A DNA stretch of 64,000 bases from a virus (lineage: Duplodnaviria; Caudoviricetes): positions 1 to 64,000 of IMG/VR virus record IMGVR_UViG_3300033067_000628. One strand, written 5' to 3'. The notes under the pieces are model-generated. The model saw nothing but the letters and a program-made list of their open reading frames with translations. It had not been told where the DNA came from and made no database searches. This document shows positions 8,030 to 17,200 of the stretch, in pieces (positions within the stretch are counted from its first letter, which is position 1; every line of letters starts with the position of its first letter). Both the position numbers and the translations under genes were made by a program.

Positions 8030-10753
8030 TTATACTATCGTTGTATTCAAAAGAAGTCTATACTCATTAACCTGAGGAGTTACAGTAGGTGACACCACCT
8101 TATTAGATCTTAGAGTACAATTCACTTTAACATACTTTGTAATCCACTTATAGTTAGCTTGTATATCAGAGCTACCTATCTTTTGATTGAAGTATATAGT
8201 ACGTCCATCATGGATATACTCATACTCACCATCATTGAACTCAGTAACATTAAATGCCGGCTGCTCTAGGGATTGATAAGACGTAATGTTCTTTGCTTTG
8301 ATACCACCAACAGTTATACTGATTGGTTCATATACTAGGTTATCAAACCCATAGACTTGATCATTAGACGAGTATACTACCTCTAAGGTATATGGCACTT
8401 TTACATAGCCTGAAGGCGGGGCACCTGTAAGGCTACCAAAGAATCCAGTCTGGACTATCTCGTGACCAATAGAACCGGTATAAAGAACCGGGACATCTTT
8501 TAAGATAAGACCGCTAGCTCCATTGAAAGAGCTAACTTCAAATACAGCACCAGGAAGATTTGTTATCTTTAAGTAGTAACGATATGGATCTGTAAGATAG
8601 ACATTACTAATACCTTGACCGGTCCAGTTTGTACCAACACCCGAGACGTGTGTATCACCACTTATACCAGTTAACAAGCTACCATCTTCTTTAACCCACT
8701 CAGGCCATATAGTAGCTAGACCAGTAGCATAAGCACCAGTAGGTGGTATATACTGATAAGCATTGTATATATCTGAATAGACAAAGTTCTCAGAGTTAAT
8801 TATGTTATAGTTAACATATGGGAAAGTAGAAAGCTTGATCTCATTGTTAGTACCAGTATCAGAGAACTGATCTGGAACTGGCAAAGCTTTATCTTTAAAG
8901 ATAGACAATACATCTATTGACTTAGATGTAGGATCTGCATAATAGTCTATTGTATAGATCTTGTTTTTATCAAAGGTAGAAGGCGAGATCGTGATCTGAA
9001 GGTGGCCATCGTAGTCACCATTCCAGCTAAGGCTATAGCCATCATTAGCTAGAAGAGGTATATCATTCTCGCGGACTACGGCATATCCTATATAAGATTT
9101 GAATCTACTAATACCTACATAGGTATATAGATCAACCTGTAATAGCTCACCAAGAACTGGAAGGTATCCATTAACATCAAAGTTAGATGGATAGATAGGA
9201 ATTTTACGATCTTCTGCCAGTTCAACTTCCCATTCAGTAGAGGTCTTAACGTACTCACCGAACTCAGAAGTAAAGGTCGAATGTCTCTCATCTACTTCTA
9301 GTTCTATATTGGATATAGTAGAAGCAGGCTCAAACCGTTCTGATTCGTAATAACCTACAGGAGAATAGACAACGTAGTTAGTCTCGACTTCCCTACAGCC
9401 AATTATATACTCCAACCTATTGATAGTCTCGATCTGTGAGTCTACATTCCTTGGGAGCTGCTCAGTATAAGAAGAGACTTCATGTAGCAAGTTCTTGAGC
9501 TTAGGATTAAAAGCAGTGAGTGCTTCGCCAATAGAAAGTACAGACTGTCCTGCGAGATCTACTTCTGTAGTAGGAGTCTTGTCTAGTTCTTTAAATGAGA
9601 ATAGATTGCCCAGATCTGCAATCGCTTCATCATATATACCCTGACCGCCACCAAGGTCTACAGCTGTCAGATCTGGGATGTCATCTATCTCAGCCTGTCT
9701 GTCTTGTTGCAATCTAATGAGGAAGTCTGTGGCATATAGTATGTTCTTAGGAACATGAACTATTAGCTGTCTATAGTTAGACTGACTAAGGACAATTTCT
9801 ATATCAGATGTATAGACAGTATCGAAGTTAAACTCTACCCAGTCCAAGCTTTCTTCAACAGAGAATCCTTTAATAGGATATCTAATCTTAGAAGAAGACG
9901 TAGGACGATATGTAATTTCTAATACTTTAACTGGTGCATTAGAAAATGGTAGAACTTTGATTTGATTAATAGCCTCAGCACCACTGAAGCTAAGTCTAAG
10001 AACTACAATAGGACCGTTAACTAATTCAGATATCTCACCATCTGCATTAGCGCCCCATCGGTTGTAGGTAGTTTGGATAGGGACATCAGAATAGATAACC
10101 TCAGACCAGAAAGTTTCTGGCTTAGAGTCAACAGCTTTCTCAGCAGTAAACTGCTTACCTAGCTGACCACGCTGTCCATTGAGAATGGTTGCAGTAACAG
10201 TTGTAGTTCTATTACCACGATTCAATAGGTGAGCTCTACGCTTCAAGACATAAGGAAGCTTAAGGAGTCTTGAGTCTCCATCGATTACAGCGGATGGAGA
10301 TCTAGTAGAAACGTTCCTAGAGATGTTAAAATTTACAAGCTTGACATCATCAAACTCAGGCATCCTATTGCGAATAGCAAAGACCCGGGCATCGTTGATC
10401 AGCTTTAAGATAGCTGCACGAGATTTACTATACTCATCGTCTAAGGAAGACTTATACTGAGTCTGAAGATTGCTAAGTAGATCAGTCTGTTTATATAAAC
10501 CTTTTAAGTCTATATAGGCAGATTCCATATTTGAGTTATGGTCCGCAGAACTGATCTTTGATTCTTTGTCAGCATACTTTGGATTGAATACCTGTTTACC
10601 GCTAGAAATCAAAGATACCAATCTCTTGGCTTCGAACTCAATAGCTCTAGAGGTTCCTATTTCAGACCTCTTACGCATTATGTTGACAATAGACTTTACA
10701 GCTTCTGTATGGCCTACTCCAACGATATTAGCAATTTTATCTAAAAGATTCAT
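8030..10753 (-). CDS. Large virion appendage/baseplate protein, paralogue family member
   Basis: 907 aa. SSADHNSNMESAYIDLKGLY, discoidin-like AVDSKPETFW, C-terminal VTPQVNEYRLLL. Confidence 0.6.
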   Translation of the reverse strand: MNLLDKIANIVGVGHTEAVKSIVNIMRKRSEIGTSRAIEFEAKRLVSLISSGKQVFNPKYADKESKISSADHNSNMESAYIDLKGLYKQTDLLSNLQTQYKSSLDDEYSKSRAAILKLINDARVFAIRNRMPEFDDVKLVNFNISRNVSTRSPSAVIDGDSRLLKLPYVLKRRAHLLNRGNRTTTVTATILNGQRGQLGKQFTAEKAVDSKPETFWSEVIYSDVPIQTTYNRWGANADGEISELVNGPIVVLRLSFSGAEAINQIKVLPFSNAPVKVLEITYRPTSSSKIRYPIKGFSVEESLDWVEFNFDTVYTSDIEIVLSQSNYRQLIVHVPKNILYATDFLIRLQQDRQAEIDDIPDLTAVDLGGGQGIYDEAIADLGNLFSFKELDKTPTTEVDLAGQSVLSIGEALTAFNPKLKNLLHEVSSYTEQLPRNVDSQIETINRLEYIIGCREVETNYVVYSPVGYYESERFEPASTISNIELEVDERHSTFTSEFGEYVKTSTEWEVELAEDRKIPIYPSNFDVNGYLPVLGELLQVDLYTYVGISRFKSYIGYAVVRENDIPLLANDGYSLSWNGDYDGHLQITISPSTFDKNKIYTIDYYADPTSKSIDVLSIFKDKALPVPDQFSDTGTNNEIKLSTFPYVNYNIINSENFVYSDIYNAYQYIPPTGAYATGLATIWPEWVKEDGSLLTGISGDTHVSGVGTNWTGQGISNVYLTDPYRYYLKITNLPGAVFEVSSFNGASGLILKDVPVLYTGSIGHEIVQTGFFGSLTGAPPSGYVKVPYTLEVVYSSNDQVYGFDNLVYEPISITVGGIKAKNITSYQSLEQPAFNVTEFNDGEYEYIHDGRTIYFNQKIGSSDIQANYKWITKYVKVNCTLRSNKVVSPTVTPQVNEYRLLLNTTIV

Positions 10754-13700
10754 TAGAGCCTAGGCGCTATCTTTCCAGTTATTGCAGAGTATTGATCAAC
10801 AGTCCATGACCCCGTATAGGCTGCTAGCAGAGAAAGATATCCCATAAGAGGTACAGACCCAGGATCACCAGCAGGGGAAATAGAATATACCGGATTATAA
10901 GGATAACCACCAGACAGCGAATAAAGAGCTTCAGTTGTTCTGAAGAGTCCTTCTGCAATGCTAGTCCACTTCCTAGCCTGAATAGTGTTACCTGTTAGGG
11001 TATAGTACTCTATGGCTTTAGCACAAGCACTGAAGAGTTCTGATGGGACAGATCCAGAATATGGTGCCTGTTTGTTTTTAAACGAACCACCTTCTATTAG
11101 TATTCCGTCTTGATTGAGACTGCCTTTTAGTACCGCAGCCATGCTAGTTTCAAAGGTACTTACTAGTCTGTCAGTATCAAAGCTAGTAAACATTGGGTCT
11201 TGTTTAGCTTTGTGAATTGGAAGCCACATCAAATTCTTGATAGCAGTTATAGAGCCTGGTGGGAAGATACCACCACGAGCAGCGCCTACTGTTAAGTAAG
11301 GTTCTATAGTCAGCTGGTTAGAGTACACACCAGATATAGCCAATGGGAATAGATCTGTCATGGTTCCATTAGAACCATTAGGCCAACTAAGGATATCAGT
11401 TCCCCAAGACAAGTCGCCACTTAGGTTGAGATCTGGACTAAAGGTCTCTTCATAATAGATAGGGTCTTTGGCTTGATAGCCAGTATACCCAGCCCAACAT
11501 CTATTGCCATAGTAGAGATCATCCATAGCAGTACAGACATTGTCAAAGTGATGAGCTGCAAGCTTAGATATACGGTTGTATTTTGTAAGCCAGGTATCTG
11601 GAAGAGCAGTACCAGTATAAGTAGGGCTGTCAAAGTAACTATCAAAGTAATATGTAGCATTACTTATGCCCGAGAAAGCAATGGTCTTCGGGTTATAGTT
11701 GACGTTCATTCCAACTCTACCGCTATATAAAGCCCCGTTGACTGGGCTAACTTGCATAGAGTACATAGCAGCAAAAGACTTAATGTATTCTGTATTAAGA
11801 TACTGGTTATTGCCAGTAGAGATCTCAGAGTTAGAATAGCCAGTAAGGATCGGGACTACTGAATCAGTAGATGGAATATAGTATACAGGTATGACATCGC
11901 TATTGATAAGCGAAGATCCACTAAATGGATTAAGGTTCATAACCTTATTAGCTATCTTAATAGCACCAGAGTATGCATTAAGAGCAGTAGCCCTAGTAGA
12001 AGTATTGAGCCATGAAGCAGCGCCAGTCAAGTTAATAGCTTGTGTGTTAGAGCTGAATAGATCTAGACTTTCATTTACCTTATGCTTAGCAAACGTAGAG
12101 TACAGATAGATATCTCTTAAGGCATTATATTGTCCAGTATAAGGTGTATCATAAGCAAAAGTATTATAGTTCTGGCGTCTTGGGAAAGTAGCTGTACCAG
12201 TTAATCCACCATAAGTAGCAAGCATTTGACCATTGGCTACTATATAACCAGTCATTATATTCTTAGGATACATTGAGCCATAGTATTTATATATAGGCTC
12301 AACTAATGGAGTAGTGCCAACACCAGAGATTGCTGGAGCTGTAATAGCAGTAGTAACGTCTGGTATGTAACCAGTAAATAGTCTTGTTTGGTTACCAGTA
12401 GTAAGCTCTTTAGCAAACATCATTATGCTAGAAGTGCTATATACCAGATCATCCCAGAATGTACTTGATGGTACATATGCAGCCAAGCCTGTAAAGTTTC
12501 GTATCTCTTTGTAGCCATACTGAGAGTCTATAGATACAGAGTTAGCACTGAGCTGACCAGTACCTACTACAGTAGTGTCACGAACGGTAACTTGATTCCA
12601 CTGGCCGTCTTGAGTACGTTCTTCATAAGAGAAGATTGGCTCAGGAGAAGAACGGATATAAGTATGCTCAAACTTTTGACCAGGGCTTAGCTTAAGGACA
12701 TTGCCTTCGGTATCTGGATTGGATAAGAAACTAGTACCACTATATATACCAGTAGTATATAAGCTATCTGGCAAAGCCATAGAAGGATTAATCCAACCTG
12801 CTGCTTCGCCAGAGTTACCAAAGACAGATATGTCACCAGAAGCATTGGACTCTGCTATTGTATAGCTAGCTAAAGAGATATCAGCTGTATAGTCTGTAGG
12901 TTCAAACTGAGAAGTGTATTCATTAGTATTGAATCTAAAGATTGGATATACACCAGCAGCTATAAATTTATTAGCCCTATCTTTAATGTCACTTACAGAC
13001 ATTACTTCTTTAAGCTCAGAAGGTAACTCAACTACTATTGCTGCAGATCCTGGATATGGTATACCATCGATCTTACCAATATCAAAGAAGTATTGTGACT
13101 CTTTAAACTTCTTCTCTGTAGCTTGACCAAGTTCATCTTCTCTTAAGCCACCGCCATAAGATCTTGTGTCAGTAACATTAACAGTGTCAAGGCCACCAAA
13201 TGGCTTAACGTTAACGGCACCAAGTATTGCTATTGGCTCAAATGGATTCTCTACTTCTATTTTAAAGATAGCATCTTCTATTGAAGATCCAATAGAGTGA
13301 TATATAGACCTTGATCTATTAATGCCAGAGTTGCTCTTATATGGCAAGGCATAGAATAGAACATACTTATCTAATACGAACGGGTTCTGTAAGAAGTGCC
13401 CATTGAGATTTATATCTTTATAGACTAAGCTATTCTCAAGATAAGTATAGTAGACAAACGAATCTTTAGGAAGCTGTATACCTTCTTTGATATATACTAT
13501 TCCATTGATAGTATCAACATCTTTAATAATAGAAGATGGATATACCTTATCAAAGCTAGAGCTAAGGAATTGTATATTGTTATTCTTGAATAGAACTGGG
13601 AATCGAGATAGCTGTATTGAACTCTGAGTTATAAAGTTAGCAGGCTCACCTTCTACATCAGCAAAAGGTTTGCCCCATAAAGAAGACCAAGTCTGGTGTA

Positions 13701-14232
13701 TATACTCAGGAATACCAAAGTGATATATGATACCTTTGTAGGTCTGTAAGAAGGTACCGTTAGTTATAGGAGCCCACCAAGGTAAGGCTGCACCTTCAAG
13801 ATAAGGAGCCTTGACTCCAATAGAAGAGGTCTTGTTATAGACAGCGGACCATCTTGTGCATCTAACTATTACAGACTTGCCGTCATTAGATATATCCTCG
13901 ATATCAAACGATGCAGGTATAGAAGTACCAGAAGCCTTAAGTTCGTCAGCGACTAAGTTAGAAACTTCAGCTAGCGAGATGATATCAATAGGATACGGCG
14001 AGTTAGATAGCTCTAGTGCTACTTGCCTTACAGACTTACCTACATAGGTAATAGTATATGGTGTAGTACCATTAGTTATACCAACAGTAGTAGATGTAAG
14101 AACCAAACTATAAGTTACAGTAGTATCTGGGTATAGTCTATTCTTGAATAGCAATACACCAAGCGGCCTGGCAGTTTGAGTGCCAAGCACACCTCTCATG
14201 AACTCAATAGTTTGTTTAGATAAGTTTGACAT
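10753..14232 (-). CDS. Baseplate/tail-associated protein with possible C-terminal alpha/alpha-toroid (six-hairpin glycosidase-like) region
   Basis: 1159 aa. The N-terminal half is structural (DTRSYGGGL...FFDIGKIDGIPY). The C-terminus has ACAKAIEYYTLTGNTIQARKWTSIAEGL, reminiscent of six-hairpin helices. Confidence 0.45.
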   Translation of the reverse strand: MSNLSKQTIEFMRGVLGTQTARPLGVLLFKNRLYPDTTVTYSLVLTSTTVGITNGTTPYTITYVGKSVRQVALELSNSPYPIDIISLAEVSNLVADELKASGTSIPASFDIEDISNDGKSVIVRCTRWSAVYNKTSSIGVKAPYLEGAALPWWAPITNGTFLQTYKGIIYHFGIPEYIHQTWSSLWGKPFADVEGEPANFITQSSIQLSRFPVLFKNNNIQFLSSSFDKVYPSSIIKDVDTINGIVYIKEGIQLPKDSFVYYTYLENSLVYKDINLNGHFLQNPFVLDKYVLFYALPYKSNSGINRSRSIYHSIGSSIEDAIFKIEVENPFEPIAILGAVNVKPFGGLDTVNVTDTRSYGGGLREDELGQATEKKFKESQYFFDIGKIDGIPYPGSAAIVVELPSELKEVMSVSDIKDRANKFIAAGVYPIFRFNTNEYTSQFEPTDYTADISLASYTIAESNASGDISVFGNSGEAAGWINPSMALPDSLYTTGIYSGTSFLSNPDTEGNVLKLSPGQKFEHTYIRSSPEPIFSYEERTQDGQWNQVTVRDTTVVGTGQLSANSVSIDSQYGYKEIRNFTGLAAYVPSSTFWDDLVYSTSSIMMFAKELTTGNQTRLFTGYIPDVTTAITAPAISGVGTTPLVEPIYKYYGSMYPKNIMTGYIVANGQMLATYGGLTGTATFPRRQNYNTFAYDTPYTGQYNALRDIYLYSTFAKHKVNESLDLFSSNTQAINLTGAASWLNTSTRATALNAYSGAIKIANKVMNLNPFSGSSLINSDVIPVYYIPSTDSVVPILTGYSNSEISTGNNQYLNTEYIKSFAAMYSMQVSPVNGALYSGRVGMNVNYNPKTIAFSGISNATYYFDSYFDSPTYTGTALPDTWLTKYNRISKLAAHHFDNVCTAMDDLYYGNRCWAGYTGYQAKDPIYYEETFSPDLNLSGDLSWGTDILSWPNGSNGTMTDLFPLAISGVYSNQLTIEPYLTVGAARGGIFPPGSITAIKNLMWLPIHKAKQDPMFTSFDTDRLVSTFETSMAAVLKGSLNQDGILIEGGSFKNKQAPYSGSVPSELFSACAKAIEYYTLTGNTIQARKWTSIAEGLFRTTEALYSLSGGYPYNPVYSISPAGDPGSVPLMGYLSLLAAYTGSWTVDQYSAITGKIAPRL

Positions 14233-17200
14233 TATACAGAGCCAGTCCAGCCAGTTGTATCACCATGCCATATATTGATATCATATGATCTTAGTGTGGC
14301 GTTTAAGTTCATGCTATACCATCCTGACTGTCCAGAGAACTTACCATCAGGATAGACATCATCATAAGACACCTGTTTCATTAACGGTATCGGATTATAT
14401 ATTTCAGTATCTTGTAGATTGACTACCGAGTTATCATATGATAATGACGGATAGTTAATAAAGACTGTCTTACCTATTGTTTGATATGGCGAGATTAGTA
14501 TTGAGGTATATACTCTATCGGTATTGACTAACCCAGAATTAATTACTGTATTGAATCCATAATAGTTAGATACACCAGTAAGAGGTATAGAAGGATTATA
14601 TGGGAAGGATACTATACGATATGGGAACTCGTCGTATGTCAAGTTATTACCTTGAGCATCCTTGATTACAATAGCCTTGTCAATCTTTGTTAGATTGTTA
14701 TGGTACTGATCATAGTCACCAGTAACCTGGCTGTGCGGTAGAGCATTAGGTACATAGATGCCTTTTGATTCACCACCTATAAGGTGCATGAAGTATCCTA
14801 CATAAGAATTGGCATTGTCATTCCATACTGGGAACGAGCTGAGTCTTATGTCTGTTGAGTCAAACTGACCAGTAGCTCTGATACCTTGACCTGATGGATT
14901 GTAGATAAAAGTTCGAGCAGTGAAGTCACCATAGAACTTGTTAGTTATGTTAGCATAGTTTTTATCAGATAGATCGAATGCTACAGTAGAAGAATCACTA
15001 GTCCATTCTTTATTATTGATAAGGGCTAGGTTAACACCTTCAGGTGGAACATTACTACCTATCTGTATTGGGCTATCAGTAGAACCAAACGATTGAGTAG
15101 CGCTATCGTTCTCATACATTGCATAGTATGACTCAGCATTGATAAAGACTGATTCATCAAAGAGAGCCAGGCCAGCCTTGTTGAGACCTTCATAGTCATT
15201 ACCCATATTGGATGTACACCATAACAGGTGCTCACCAGCACCAGTGAATGGAGTAGCAGGATAATGAGCTATACCGTAATAGGGCTGCTGTGTGGGTGTA
15301 CCAGTACCAACAATGTAATCGATTATTGTATCTGTGTTCTTAACAGCTACGTCACTTAAGCCAGAGAAACCAGAAGCACCAGTATGTGCTAGTTGCTTCC
15401 ATGGCCATATATAGCCAGAGAATGGGAAGCCAACAAAGAGCTCGCTGACACCAACGTCAAAGTATCTAAAGGACTGAGCCGCTGATATAGAGGCATCTCT
15501 AGGATGCTCACCACCAAATATGAAGTTGGATCTATTAGTAACGTTATTCAAAGAGCTGCCAAGCAGGCCCTGATAACCTACGCATCTACCAGTTGTAGAG
15601 CTAAGCCAGCCGGTCTCTGTTAAATAGACTGGAGTATTTGAATCAAGATCCCCAGAGATATATGACTTAAGATAACCAGAGCCGAGTCCAAGATTGGCAT
15701 CTATGCCGATGTGACACCAAGAGCCAGTAGGAACAATGCCACCCGTGAAAGGGCCAACTACATATTGACTAGTAGTACCTATGCCTTCTCGTGTACGACG
15801 AGTGCCATATACTAATTGTGCACCAGAGTTAATACCAATATAGGCGCTAGCTAGTGCATAGCTATTGATACCATTTACTTCTTCATAAGATACTAAGTCT
15901 GCAACCTCAAGAGCTCCAGTTGGCAGGTTAAAGATCTTAAAGAAACCACCAGCAACAAACCGAGAGTTTGAGTTAGTACGCTGATAACCACTTAAGCCAC
16001 TAGCCCATTTGTCTAGGTTAGCATGCGCAAAGGCAGAGTTGTTAGAGTAATATCTATCACCGGCATTAGCTACACCAGCTTGTGTCATCGATGCAGAGCC
16101 AGTACCATTAAAGATACGCTCGTCATATGCAGAGAATGGTATTACTAAATTAGCTGAAGGACCAAGGCGCCTAGCGTATCTACCCTTAGGACCAATTATC
16201 TTTTCAACAAAGAGTTGATGTGTCTTAATGCCACGACTAGAAAGCTCTTGTGTTACAGAGGCATTGTTAGGAATCTTAAGATGGGTTATACCAAAGCCTT
16301 CATCCCATTCAAACGCATCTTCTTGTGCATCAAGTCTGTAGATGTGTGACCACTGTAAGTGATTATAATCACCAGTAGATGGAATAGGAGGCTTAATGGA
16401 ATTCCAAGGAGTAAAGGTTGGAGGAGAAGTTTTAGCTCCAAACACAGAGCAAGAAGCTCTAGCATCTACTCTATCGCGTATACCAAATCGTAAGTGGTCC
16501 ATGTCACATAGAACATATTGACCAATTGTAGTTTGACGTGAGGTACCAGTTAAAGCGTAAGATGGAATCTTAGGCCAGGTATTGACATAGGTAGTAGAGG
16601 CAGGATAAGATGCAGCTACAGAGCCAGCCAAGAATCCAGTCTCTCCATATGGATCAATTGCAAGACCAACTGAATTGACTGGTCTACCGTTGATTTCTAA
16701 AACCAATCTAGATGTACGTGCACCGTGATATATCTTATCACCAGCTGCAACCAAAGGCTGATCTGATGCAGTCTGTATATCACCAATAGCTCTAGTATCT
16801 TGGTAGACACCAATGTGATTCCAGTTACCAAAGCTAAGTGTATTGCTCTCAGAGGTAACAGAAACCTGACCGCTTCTCCCGGTAATCACAGAACCATTAG
16901 TTCTAGGCCCGGCAACTTGCCAGCTATCTCCTGTGATACCCATTGCAGAAGAGTGAACGTTTAAATCTATAGTAGCTCTAGGCTCACCACTTCTATTTAG
17001 ATATAAGAAGAGACCACGACCATCAGAAGACACACTCTTTAGTAGCTCTACTTCAAAGCCTGTAATTGTGCTAACGAAGCCATGTGGCCTTATCCATCCT
17101 TCGAATAGCACTGAGCTTCTAGAGACAGGACTATATGGAACAGTGTCATATACATCATAGTCTCTAAGTGGAGAGCTATTTCTAGATATAGCACCAGTAG

